Positions 12,451 to 24,744 are shown, counted from the whole stretch's first letter. The stretch: 57,633 bases of DNA, filler included, from Sphacelaria rigidula (GCA_964200075.2; 7 parts of 7 records of this genome joined end to end with filler, not necessarily neighbours in it); one strand, 5' to 3'. The notes: generated by a model from the sequence alone, not told the origin. A program made the numbers and translations.

Positions 12451-13521
12451 CACCGACAATGAAGCGGCAGCCAAACTCGTTGCTATGTTCTCATCACAAC
12501 GCGCTCACGTTTCAATTCCATCGACGTGTTCTCAATGAACGAATATCTCTAGTACGTTCGTGCAGACGACCGCGCCATGGCATTTTGGACGAGCCCGAGT
12601 CCAAAAGCCTGAACACGGATGCCTCCACTCTGTCCTGATGTCCTGCATATGCCATGGAATACCGGGACAGTTGGACAAAAAGTTGGCGGAAACACCATCC
12701 ATGGGCCACCACAAATTGCTTCAGCCACATCATCGAAATTCCTGGAACATGCTTCGTCTCAGCACCAAGCCCAAGTCGATTTCCAGCACACCAAGCATGC
12801 GTATCACAGCACCCAAACGCGGCTCCTTACCGCTCTGCGCTTATTCATACCCACATTGCGGCGTACGAGTTGTCTCCTTACAACCACACGCAACCAGCAC
12901 GTAACCGTGAACATGTCCTGCACAGAAGAAATATTACCGGCGCCGACATTACCGTACCCAATCGTTCCATTACATTGGTCGAATATCATCATCCGAGTGC
13001 ACAGTAGAACCTTCAACATGGGTTTTTTCCTCAACGGGAAAGTCACACCGCCGCCACATGCCCGACGGCAAACAATAGCCCCTGACAGCCGCGTCCGACG
13101 CATCTGGAGGCAAGGACAACATGGGCGGGTGCAACACCAACCGTTATACCAGGGATGTTGTTGCTGTTCCACGCCGTGATAATCCATAATCGACGACGCA
13201 ACGCCACACGCTAGATCACCGTGAACCTCCGGGCTCAATACCACCACCAACACCACTCGCCTAGATCATCATGACACTCCGGGCTCAATACCACCACCCG
13301 CGCCATCGTCGGCGCCCTTTTCTCCTTTTTGTTTTGTTTAGGCACCCCCCGTCTCAACTCGGGACGAGGATATATACACCGGGGATTACGATGATGCTGC
13401 TCTATACAGCGACAATCCATCGTCAACCAGCCAACGCCGCACGTCTAAATTATCATGAAATTTCGGGCCCAATATCATCACTCGCGACTTCGTTGCCGCC
13501 CTATTCAAAAACGCCCCCTGT

Positions 13522-13860
13522 CACAACACGGGACGGGCAGGGGCGGCGCACCCCAGCCGATTCGGGCTTAACACCACCACCCGCGACACTGTCGCCGCCC
13601 TCTTTGGAACAATCCCCCGACACAACACGGGACGGGGAGGGGCGGCGCACCCCAGATGATTCGGGCTTAACATCACCACCCGCGACATCGTCGCCGCCCT
13701 CTTTGAAACAATCCCCCGACACGACACGGAACGGGGAGGGGCGGCGCACCCCAGTCGATGCGGACCCAATACCACCACCCGCGACATCGTCGCTGCCCTC
13801 TTTGAAAATCATCCCCCGTCACAACACTGGACGGGGAGGGGCGGCGCACCCCAGCCGATG
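13522..13860 (+). repeat. 99-bp tandem repeat, ~3.4 copies, between RT and RNase H of the YR element
   Basis: Unit starts CACAACACGGGACGGGGAGGGGCGGCGCACCCCAG at 13522, 13621, 13720 and 13820. Related shorter units occur at ~13211-13320. Confidence 0.9.
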
Positions 13861-13989
13861 CAAGCATGCGGTGAACAAGGGTCTTTCCCGGACGTGAAAT
13901 AAACGAGACGTGCAGCAGAAAACCAGTCAACGACGAAATGTCTCTCTCTGATACACCCTTGCATTCTCGAGGCCACTGCAACCACACCT

Positions 13990-15120
13990 CTGCAATTTGT
14001 TTCTGTTTGCCTCTGAATGCGAAATAGAGAGGGAGTCAGCATCAATCACCAAACCCAGTACTTCCAATCGTATATTGTATCCAAGGCCGACATTTTGCTT
14101 TTTGTATCAAACAAGGCTCGCTCAGAGAACGAACATGACCATAAAATAAGGGTCTCGCCCCAAACATCATTCGCCGTCTGGGAAAAGACTTCCATCAGTA
14201 TACCGTCATCAACATAGAAGCACATACAAGAGGGATGACCAACCCTGCCGCACCCTCCCGGAATGGCCTTACCGTTCACGGACAGAGTGGTAATACGCCC
14301 CTGTCGCCGCCGTGCTATCTTGACAGACTGAGCTGCACGGCGGCCGATGTCTGTCACCGCATGCGCGGAAAAAAGAAGGGGATGTTGGTGTACGAATATT
14401 CGAAGGCAGCCGTCGTCATGCCGTGAAGTCCGGGACTGCTGCCAGTTGATTTGATTTCATTCGATTGCCGTAAATTGAACGACCCCCCAATAATTGATTC
14501 GATTTGATTTGATAGCCGCAAATTAACCGACCCCCCAAGGATCCAACGGCGGTTACATGATAGATGTACCCGAGACAAAACAACTGGAACACTTGATGAA
14601 GAAAATAGGGCGAACAGAAAAGGTAGGACAGAACAACAGAGGAGACTTGAACAGCTGCGCCACCCGAATTCTAGACGAAGGTAGCCACAGCCACATAGGA
14701 GACTGAAACAGCTGCGCCACCCGAAGTCCAAACACAGGTAGCTACAGCTTTATCCCCGAATGCACAGCCGAAATATGCGGCGCGTGCCGAGTCCACAGCA
14801 CCTGGCGAAAACGCCCCTTTGGCATCGAGTACAGTATACTAATCACAGTGCGCGCTGAGGGGCCAAATTTTACCGCAAGGACACAATAAGTAGCAGGACT
14901 TAGTACAACACCCGCTAGTCTCACAAGGTAGTGCCTGTAGAAATTCGGGGTCCGCGTCAACACTCGTGTGCGGCGATGAACCAGGGAAAAGGTGAGATCA
15001 TAAATGATACGGAATATATGGTGCACTACAACCCCCAATGTGGAGACACGGAAATTGGTAATATCCAAGACCCGCCTCACGTCAAACGCCAGCGCGAATG
15101 CCTCATTCAGGCGCACGCGC
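13990..15120 (-). pseudogene. Reverse transcriptase of the YR retrotransposon (disrupted)
   Basis: YxDD motif FYVDDG at ~14200-14218, FGWRS motif split by an insertion, upstream IIYDLTF. Confidence 0.8.
14443..14653. mobile_element. 211-bp solo-LTR-like insertion with 5-bp target duplication GCTGC
   Basis: GCTGC at 14438-14442 and 14654-14658. The insert ends ...TTGAACA and starts CAGTTGA (imperfect TG..CA). Removing it restores the RT motif FGWRSSPG. Confidence 0.6.
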
Positions 15121-16396
15121 CATCATATGATCCACACACCCTAATGCATGGACCAAATCCTCACGTGCCATGACATCAATGGGTACCCCCCGTTGTGACA
15201 CACACACCAATAGACAAATTCGAGGAAAGCTCTTCCAGCCGCGGAACTATGGACGGGTGCTTTGCACATCCACCTGAGACCCAAATAAGTCCTTGCCTAT
15301 ACGGGTGACAACCATCCCAACATCACCGTCATACATACGCAACAAGGTAGCCTGGTGAGGTGCGGGACAGCCGGTATTCCACAGTCAGGATACGCAATTG
15401 TCTTTTCATACCTTTTGAACACCCCGGCAACGCCGAAACCACTATTGACACGTACATCCAACAAACCAGAATATTGGTCAGCCATGGAACCAGGCATCAG
15501 CAGCTCACTGTTGTGGCGTTGCCTTTGCTGCCGCCCCTGAGCGCCATGCGCCACCTCCAGCGGGAACGAGAGCGGTACGACCGGCGAACCGGACTTGCAG
15601 TGTCCATTATCATCCCAACTAGCACCTGCAAATTCGCCCTGTCGTCCTGGACCTGCAAATTTGTCGTGCCGCGTTAGCACCCGGCTAGCGCGCCAGGCTA
15701 CTCTTATCGTGCAGCCGGCCTGCGTGACGGCACCACGGCCGGACGGCGTAGCTACGCCGGTGCCACATCATCAGATACATGCGACCTGGTGTAGCCGCTG
15801 GTGTAATAGAGCCAGCGCCGGGAGGCCAGCCGGTTCAACACTCTTCGGTTCAACACGTCCTTCACCAGAGGAACCGCCGCGTTGTTCGCGAGCTGCATCA
15901 CTGCATCGCCAAGCTTTCTACACCTGCATTGGTATCGTCCAGATTAGTCTCGGTGCGATCGACGCGGCTGCCCATGTTGTCCAAAAGTCGTTCAAATTCA
16001 AAAACCTGCTTATCCAACGCGATTGTCCGAGGTATCAAAGGCCCACTGCTGTAACCTCGATTCAACTCGACACGATCCGCCTTGCTGGCAAAGAACTGCC
16101 AACGCGTATTCAACTACATGGGTGCTTGTCGGCCCGGACGTGAATAATATTGTGCTCTTATGCCCGTTCTCCGGTCTTCACGGAGAGTCCCCTCTGCTGC
16201 ATACTACAGATGAATGATTTTTGAATCGCTCACCGCTCTGTATGGGATTAGGCGGGGTCTTATCAGAAGTGATGATCACTTTTCAAAAAATCACTTTTGG
16301 AGAAGTGATTACCCCCACAACGACCAGTAACAGCCGATTTTCGAAAATGGGGTTGAAAACAAAATGAGGTTCAACTCAAAAACCGTGCTTTCCCTG

Positions 16397-16496
16397 NNNN
16401 NNNNNNNNNNNNNNNNNNNNNNNNNNNNNNNNNNNNNNNNTTAATTAATTAANNNNNNNNNNNNNNNNNNNNNNNNNNNNNNNNNNNNNNNNNNNN
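16397..16496. other. Artificial contig spacer
   Basis: N44-TTAATTAATTAA-N44. Confidence 0.97.
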
Positions 16497-16619
16497 GTGG
16501 GGCCGTTTTATTCTAACCCTCTTTTCTGTTTCTTCCAGGGGGTGTGTGGAGGTTGAGTGAGGAAAACACCCCCCCCCCCCCCCCCCCCCTCCCTATCGCA
16601 GCATGACGCCGAATACGGA

Positions 16620-19400
16620 GGGAAGTGTTGCGCCGTAAGCTCTTTTTCTTCATCGGGGTCCAAATGTAATATCCATTGCCCATAACCCTTGAGGCTTCGC
16701 GCAACGAGGTGTACTCACCATCGTTTCCTGGCCACCCGCTCTTGTTGCCCATGTAAAACTGGTTGGGGAACAGGACAAGGGCCCCGATTGCGATTCTTAC
16801 GTGTACGGCGGGACACGAAAGCCGAAAGTGCGAAGAAGTAGGTGTCCACGTCTAAATACCATATGAAATCGAGCTTCGTCTACGGCCGATGCGACTGATT
16901 TCATACTGTATTTAAAAATGGATGATTTTGCAACAACCTTGTGATCATCGTCTCTGCGTTCAGAACTGGCTGAAGCGTGCTCACTAGAATACGGTTTGGC
17001 GAAGTCGAATGGCCGCAGCGAGTAATGCTCGTCCAACTCAAACGGTAGCGACGGCGAGCCCAAATAGAATTCTGATAGGAAACAGGGGCATGGTCTCGGG
17101 CGTACTTTGGTTTAGACGTCGAGCTTTAATGAGAGTGCAGTACTTCCGTTCATGCACTAAGATCCGAGCACTCCAACTAATTGCAATCAATTGAAATACC
17201 GACTTTGCCGCAAGATCAGCTCTTGCTGGCCTGATTGTGAAGCTTTCCCCTCGTTCCAGTCGTGTCTGAGCAATCGCCGGTGCGCTTGGACATTTAACGG
17301 AGCTGAAGGAAACTTGAAGGTACACCCACAAACACGACGACGGTTTACTCACAAGTGCTTCTCTAGGGGAGACTGCTCGATAACCCCACCGCAAGACAAC
17401 AGCCTGACGAAAGTACGTTCAAATCCTTGGCGATGTGTTCGATTGACTTATACCGCATGGTTCCCTGCTGCTTAGTTGGAGATGCGTTGGACGGAAAAGC
17501 AGTAAACGATGGGACATTGACAAAAATGTTCACTCCAGCCACAGCCTTAGACCCCATACCAGTCATAGTCCGCCGAGCCCCGGTTGAGTAATGATTCTGG
17601 AATACATGAGAGGACCGCGTGCTCAGAGGACCACATCGTAATTTGAACAGCCCTATGGTTAGGGTTACGGTTAAGGTTGGGGTCAGGACCAGGGGCGTGG
17701 TCCCTGCACGGACTGGCCCGATTGGTTTTGAAAAGCGCCGATCCTGAGGTGTTTCAAACCACGATGCGGTCCCCTAAGCACGCCATCCTCTCACGTATTC
17801 TAGATTCGATTGCCACCATTAGGGTGGAGGAAACGCGGACTCGACTCCTGACGCGCTGGGCACGTTCTTCAAGGCATATCTGATCCCCGCCGTCGACGGC
17901 GTGAGTACGTGTGAAGACAAAAAGTGTTGACCATTTCTCTTTTTGCGAAATATGACGCGGTGCGGGAGTGCTAACCCAACCCGCAAAACCAAAATGCAAT
18001 GCGTGTACCGGGAAGAGATTTGTTGATTCCTTGATACCACGGACTCGTCCCGAGGAACGAAAGGGATTCAAAGTGCGATATGATTATACACCTTCCAGAA
18101 AGTGTCACGCTGACGCGGCCGTACTTTCTAGTCTAGCCTACCACTAACGCAAGACGTATCATTTCCGGGCCAGCCACAACGCCAGCAACGGCCACACCAA
18201 AATGTACGTTATCCACTTGGATCTTCCTTAATTTACGACATCAGAAACAACCACACCACATTGTACGCTTTCCAAGTGTTCTATATAGTGACGAACAACT
18301 AATAATATCTGTTGATCGTTTCGACGAAATACCTGCATCATCTTTTTACGCATATGCATTCGCCGTGAAATACTCTTCTTTCACTGGTCAATCAGATATA
18401 CAAACTCTTGACACCGTAGTGCGCGAGCGGACCGCATGCGTTTTGAAGCTCATCGGAGTTCAAAACGCCCCGCAACCGACGTTTGTCAAGACCGCTCGGG
18501 TCGTAGAGAAATCATGTCTAATGGCCGTACGGTCAGACTTCAAAAGGGATCTATGTTTCGCGCCAACAGCACTGTAATGCGCGGCTGGACCGTGTCCTCA
18601 TTGAACCGCGTCGGAATTTGAATACCCCAGGACCGACGTGTCGGCAGGATTGCGGGGACGTCGTCAAAGCAGGTACCACGTGTTGGTGTGAACAGCCTTT
18701 TTAGTGTAGCCTGCAGTACTGACGAACCACGGTACAAAGGTATCTGTCTTTGCTCGACAGTGTCAGTTACATGCGGTGGGATTTGATACCATAGTAGGCG
18801 TATATCTTGTACTTACGTACGCAATGTCTGGTTGGGAAGTTCTACTTGTCATGGTGTTGTAGTGGCCACACATCACTTCACTCTCTTCCTCCTTTTCCTT
18901 CCTTGACTTGCTTAGTCAAGCTATGTGATACTACTCTTCTACATCAACATGATCGGCTCAGCCGTGTCCTTTGATCGACTTCATCAGTCGTGTCCAGCTG
19001 TCCCTGTTTATGGATCACCTGTCAAGGAACACCACGCCCCGACTAAACCTGGGCCGCGCATTTCTCGAGATAGGGGTAGCAAAGCCAGGCGAAGTGACTG
19101 GAGCGGCACGACGACGATTTCAAATGTGCTGAATTCGGGCACCCGTACTGCGCGGGACACGTACTCTCGCGTGTGAATTGTCCTGAAAAGTGGTTTACAT
19201 GCGGTCCACTTCGTCATTCGAAGCAGCTTCAGGGAAAACACACACGTCAAACCTAAGGCTCTGCGATATCATCTCTGGGAAGGAGAAAAGCAAGAGTCAT
19301 GGTCTTGGCTTGTATGTTTACCTTGAAGCTGCCTTGAATGACAAAGTGAACGGCAGGCGAACTAAATTTCGATCACCTGCAAGTACCGAGCAGATGGGTC
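16620..19400 (-). mobile_element. Probable degenerate EnSpm/CACTA(Plavaka)-like transposase gene with possible C-terminal BAH-like region
   Basis: Minus-strand fragments in plausible order: VPEFSTFEIVVVPL..GAWCSLTGDP; YGIK..LSSKDRYLCT; ILPTRRSWGIQIP; NIFVNVPSF..RTFVRLLSCGG; IKARRLNQSTPET..SEFYLG. Heavily frameshifted; motif recall only. Confidence 0.4.
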
Positions 19401-19559
19401 GTCTCGGTCCCTGGTACCTATGAGTACGGAGCAGAAGGGTCGCCTTGGCATGTGGTACCTCTAAATACGGAGAAGATGGGCAGTCTCGGCATGCGGTATC
19501 CCTAAGTGCCGAGCATCAGTTTGTCGATGCGGTCATGACGACGTGATAGACGCCGCCCA

Positions 19560-19950
19560 CACCTCCGAAAAATACAATGGTGTCAACTCCTTCCCACCAC
19601 AGTTCACATGCGAGACTGAGTCCCACGCGAGGTACGCGTCCCCGAATTTCATGGATAAAAATTACCTCTCACTCATTCCGAGGCAAACTGTGTTCTCGTC
19701 GTGTCACTCCGGTCACCCCGCCTGGGTTCGCTACCCCTGGCTCGTGACATTTGTGGCCCAGATGTGCTCGGGGTGCGGGCTCTGCATTGACGACGCCTGC
19801 GCGGTCCTTCCGACACGTCGGTTGTGGGGAATTCAAGTTTCAACTCGTCCGGAAAAGCACGCGGTTCACCCACGCATTACAGTCCTGTTGGCGCGAGAGA
19901 GTGATCGCTCACAAAGTCTGACCGTATGGCCATTTGATACAATTCCCCCC
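19560..19950 (+). repeat. Diverged second copy of 18500-18800 in inverted orientation
   Basis: CIDDACAVLPTRRLWGIQVSTRPEKHAVHPRITVLLARE (+) versus CFDDVPAILPTRRSWGIQIPTRFNEDTVQPRITVLLARN (-). The DNA similarity is also visible directly. Confidence 0.85.
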
Positions 19951-20249
19951 TGACAGTATGCTGTAAAGATCAGGACGCTATCTAGCTTGACCTATCCAGA
20001 TATACACGACACATAGGAGATACTACAACTGAACGGCAAACCTTTCGGGTTTCCTTGATATTCTATCCCCATGGGCTTCGTCTGCTCCCCCGTGGGGATA
20101 TGTACACGCACCGCTACAAGATAATGTGTCGGTGACTCTTTGCGGATTATCTACTTCTTTATCCGTACTGTTCTGTCAACAGTCGAACGTCGGGGATTCT
20201 ACGTTTCTCGCAAAGTATTATCAATTCACCTTGACTTCGTCAACATATT

Positions 20250-22050
20250 TCCTCACAGGGCTGTGAAGTAAACCCTGGTTCATTTCTTTCTGCATATTTC
20301 ACATTGTCCTGTAAGGCCGGGGGACGAGCAGGTCGGTGCACACAGCCTGATTTCGTGTGGATTCGATGATCACTAAGTTCTGTGTTGGACCCATTTGTTG
20401 TAGAAGAGATGATGTAGAGTCTACCAGATTTCAGGGATGATGCAGCTGCTAGCCACCACAGCCAAGCGAAGACTAGTTTTGGTAGAGGGCAGCCACGGGT
20501 GAGACGACTCTGCGAGGCCCGATAGCCATTTAGGATGCTTTTACATCGCGCGCACATATCGTTCACAGAGTGTGCAGGGGCTCATTTGGCAGCGCTAACG
20601 GCCCATGCAAAGGTACCACGTGCACACGAATTGTCGTCTTCGCTAACGGAGTTCGTGGATAAGATATACGGCGTATTTTTTTATATAGATCGTCCTGTGT
20701 CCAGGGCGCTTCCTATTTCAATTTATTTCGGTGTTCGTGACGTTGCCGTCTCGGATTTCGGCGGTGAAACCGTAGTGGTGTCGGCTGGGCCCTTTCACTC
20801 TAAAGTGAAGAGGTCTGCCCGTAACGTAGGTTGTAATTTACACGTGGTATCTATCTTCCATGGTTCGGACGAATCGTCGCCAATTTGAATCATCAAATAA
20901 CCCACGAATTCTTAGGCCTGATTGCTCGAAAGAGAGAAACAAACTCGACCGCTGGTCAAGCAGATCACGCAACGTTTGCGCTATTCCACGTGCCTGGGCT
21001 ACGCGTACGCAACGCTGAAAACGAAGCCTAAGCATTGATTCATACGGTACGAATTAAATACACTCATAATCGAATAATTTCCGGACGAATCGTTGATTCT
21101 TCCCTTGCTATCTTCGTACGGTAGGCAGGGAAGGGACTGGTGGACTCGTTTTCAGTACCAAAACGCCCGGGTATTTATCATGATGTAAATGCTTCGTCTT
21201 GTGTCTCGTTCGAATCACGTGTTTCATACTGTCTGTATTGCAGTATGGTCGCGTCCTAATCATAACATTCCCTGACAAAAACTACGCTTCGCGCGCCTCG
21301 TGAACTGTTCATGATAACCAAAGCATGTCGGTGGCCTATGTATAATGTATACAGTATGCGTTCTTGAACTGGAACGGTATACTAGTTGGTACAACACGGG
21401 GGTTCTATCGAAAAACAAGTGGTTCACCACAACCCAAGTGCAACAGCGATGGACTCGCTGGCATCTCTTCTGCGTGTTTTCGAATAAAGCGTGATGAAAC
21501 ATGAGGAGCACCACCGTGACGGGCTGCCACAAGGAAGTACAATGCTTTAGGCACGAGCGCGCTGACACGATGTCGAAAACACGGAAAACGCTAACGCGCG
21601 TGCTGCTCGAACATAACGCTCACCGCGCGTGTAATATAACTCAAGGCGTTTTTTTGAATTCAATGCAGAGGTTACCCTACGGGTGTGGAGCCAACACTAC
21701 TGTGTAGTACCAACCGCATCGTGAGGCATTCGGCGGTACTACTTGCTCACTGCACAGCGGTAGGGTGCACGGTGACGAAGCACACCGCAGGACTTGACAT
21801 CCTTAGTCTATTCCTGTCCTGCATTGATTTCGCGTTGTCCTATGCAGTTCGCCACATCATGAACGCAGCCGCTTGTATCTGCGGCAAACGTGTAGGCGAG
21901 ATATCACGCCACGCGCTTATTATGAACTTATGGCTAATCGCCTTGCAGAAGGCAGCCTCAGTCTCTCTTTGCCCTGATATGTTCTCACGAACAGAGGCTC
22001 AAGTCGCGTGTGCCAGGTTACAAAGCACAGCTGCGTAGTAAGAACTCGAC
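20250..22050 (-). mobile_element. Possible Polinton/Maverick relic (pPolB N-terminus; perhaps protease and capsid fragments)
   Basis: Weak motif resemblance only: LFLSFEQSGL..RFVRTMED..NYNLRYG..FTLE and SEDDNSCARG. No polymerase core motifs were seen. Confidence 0.22.
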
Positions 22051-22349
22051 CCAGATCAAAATCAAATAAAAACTTCAAATCCAGTTGTCACAGAAATAGA
22101 TTATCTCCTTGTATTTTACAATGCGAACCACAGCCAGTATTTTCCCCACAACTAAAAGCTCACTGGTAAGGACTCACTTGGAACTCAGAGCAACGGCGGC
22201 AAGGCTGATGATATCCTGGGCTCAAGATGGAGTGAGCTCAGATGTGCTCGGGGCGATGGTGTAACTACCTTACGCAAGAATTATACCCCTATCAAATCAT
22301 AGTACAATAACCAAAGAGCAGAAATCCTCTATCCAACAAACGTTCTGGG

Positions 22350-23620
22350 AACACAATTCGTTGTGCACTTGATTATTCGATGTGCAGCAGACATCAATCA
22401 TACTGTATCTCCCATCGACTATCCAGAACACATTGTATTTGTATCTTGCGACAAGTTGATATGCCTCGACGGTCAACCAAGAGTCACATGTAATGTTCAT
22501 TTACTCCATCTGTATGTCCGGAGCGACGCTAGTTCCTTCAAATACCATAACAATAGCCCACTCTTAAAGGTGAGCATGCAGACGCTCGAAGAGCTTCGAA
22601 GGCTCACGTTTCACCATCATCTCCCACAACACAAAAAAAGGAAGAAAATAAAACAAGAGTGAAGAAGAACTCCCGCATCATGGCAGATAACGGAGTTCCA
22701 GCTTCGGCGCAGGGTCCATGTGGTTGCGCGATCGGTCAGGCTCTGGTACACACAGAGGAGGCTGTAGACTTCTTTCACTCAAGATCAGATTGCCATGTGG
22801 ACTCCTCCCATCACCGGCACATGGACTTCAGCAGCTTTAGTTTTTTTTATGTATAACCCTCAGCATAGTACAGTAGGACCATAGTCTCCCTTCACCAGAG
22901 TGGCAAAATCAAGCCTACTCGTCATGGAGGTCACCATCACAGAGTCCGGCAATCAGTCCCGCAACTCCACTTACAAATGTCCCTAGGTAACAATGGTGGC
23001 TAAAGTCTACAGCATCCCTAAAGCTCTCTACTACCAACAAGTAGTTACATCAGAGCTTGACAAACTCAGACATCATTGGTGCCTGGTAGTACCGTCGTTT
23101 CCGCAAAGATTAGCAATCTCTTCCGCTACCTTCGACAACAGCTCCATACAAGCTAGCCCTACTTCCGAACAACTCGCAAGAGATCCCAAGAAAATATCGT
23201 CCATCATGAGCATGCAATCACGCTACTTGCACCAGTTCGAGTTACAAAGCTACAGCTAGCCAAATTCTCAAATCTTTGCCCAAAAACATTTTCGTGACTC
23301 TTCATCGGCTCGAAACTGGAAATGTCGGCAAAAGTCAAATTCCAGAGCATTCGTGACTCATCGTCCCTCTCATCCGAGACAAGGTACTTCTCAACATACA
23401 AAATTCATTCTTTGTACGTTCAGCACCTGCGCAACGGAGTGCAACAGCCAAATGATACATCATCCTCACGCTAGAAGGAATTATGCACACATCACGTCTT
23501 AAACGCACCTTGCCTCGTCCACCTGCAACCCCGTAAAAAACGTATGCATCGCATGCCTCCCCGCCGTCAAAGCTTCAATGCTTCAACTTGCCTTCATTTC
23601 ATAAAGACGATCGAAGGAAA
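22350..23620 (-). mobile_element. Highly degenerate Ty1/Copia RT-RNase H remnant
   Basis: Minus-strand PSSVRMMYHLAVA, SRMLWNLTFAD, CSFVTRTGASSVI..MDDIFLG and RGISTCRKIQIQCVLDSRWEIQY (cf. AISWxSKxQxxVAxSTxEAEY), in Copia order. Confidence 0.5.
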
Positions 23621-24307
23621 GCCATGGCTCAAACCGCTTTTCGAGTCATGTATACCAATCCAACAACGGCGACGGGCCTACGCATTTCGTATATTTCAGC
23701 TCATTTTCACGCCAACAGCAGCAATTCATATATCCTGCAGTCAGTACGTGCAAACCGCACAAATATGGCTCGACTGTGTTCCTGCGCGAACAAGATTTTA
23801 CAAGCTTCACTTCAATTAGCATACGGCAGTATGTTGAAAACTGCCCAACTCTAGGATGTCACCAAATATTATTCATATCAGTACCATTCGAGCAGAAATT
23901 CGCACATGCCTGCCAAATTTCCACTCAGCATATGAAAATCCGCATATGCATGTCAATAATTCACTTAGCACATGCAATGCTACCTTCCTCGCAGCAAACA
24001 CCATGCATCGTCCGTGCCAACCACATCAGCACCACACACACATGCCAAATATACACGTGTACGCCAGAGTTTTACCCCGCACACGCGATACGATCATACT
24101 CGCTCAACAACCATGCTTCATGCGCAAACATGACCACAAACCACAAAATGACAAGCTGCAATCGTTCTCAAAACGATTCGCGAATACGCGTCATAATGTG
24201 TTTCCTTCTCATTCTCAACAAGCACTCAATCAGCACAGCACTTGCTCCTCAACATCAGTCCCCACTCGGCGCTCACCACAACAGCAAGCACCTCAGGTAA
24301 TGTCTGT

Positions 24308-24389
24308 GACGGTTTAAGAGACAACCAACTAGGCTACTGACCAGTCAGCTGACTGGTCAGTAGCCTAGTTGGTTGTCTCTTAAACCGTC
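24308..24389. repeat. Perfect 82-bp spacerless palindrome
   Basis: GACGGTTTAAGAGACAACCAACTAGGCTACTGACCAGTCAG|CTGACTGGTCAGTAGCCTAGTTGGTTGTCTCTTAAACCGTC; two 41-bp arms with no mismatch. Confidence 0.95.
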
Positions 24390-24428
24390 GCAAAGGTTAG
24401 ACGCTGGTTCCATTCCCGTTGGACGCAC
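24355..24428 (+). repeat. tRNA-derived SINE head (Pol III A/B boxes)
   Basis: A-box-like TAGCCTAGTTGG (24361-24372) and B-box-like GGTTCCATTCC (24406-24416) with tRNA-like spacing. It does not fold as an intact tRNA. Confidence 0.55.
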
Positions 24429-24644
24429 TTTCTTTGATATAAAAAGAGAAAAGAAAACCTCTGATAAAAAATTGTCCCCAAGGAGAGAAAACCGCTGTAA
24501 ACAATTGACCCAAAAGGAAAGGGTGGGGTATAGCCTGGTGGCTACGTTTGGAGTATACTGCTTGGGACTCCTGTGCATACACGCTTGGAATGAGTGGGGG
24601 AGACGAGTAACTCTAGGATACGGTGAAAGCGACAACACTAGAGG

Positions 24645-24744
24645 NNNNNNNNNNNNNNNNNNNNNNNNNNNNNNNNNNNNNNNNNNNNTTAATTAATTAA
24701 NNNNNNNNNNNNNNNNNNNNNNNNNNNNNNNNNNNNNNNNNNNN
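24645..24744. other. Artificial contig spacer
   Basis: N44-TTAATTAATTAA-N44. Confidence 0.97.

Larger units (their letters stand above)
11950..16200 (-). mobile_element. Degenerate tyrosine-recombinase retrotransposon (DIRS/Ngaro type): gag-like, RT, RNase H, YR
   Basis: Minus-strand order: gag-like coiled coil (~15900-16110); RT (RVSTLGVV, RIIYDLTF, KGRFRQV, LRLEFGWRS/SSPG, FYVDDGILMEV, RLEVLG); RNase H (GDNSYAAMWV, GKEPRLGAVIRMLGVLE, KHVPG); YR C-terminus. Many frameshifts; boundaries approximate. Confidence 0.8.

Noticed and set aside
13271..13897. 208-aa ORF with 33-aa repeats as a protein-coding gene
   Set aside because: Openness is explained by a GC-rich 99-bp tandem array inside a dead retrotransposon. 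No supporting splice or domain evidence.
24355..24428. Functional tRNA gene
   Set aside because: A/B boxes are present, but acceptor and anticodon stems do not pair convincingly and the T-loop is mutated (TTCCATT). Treated as a SINE head.
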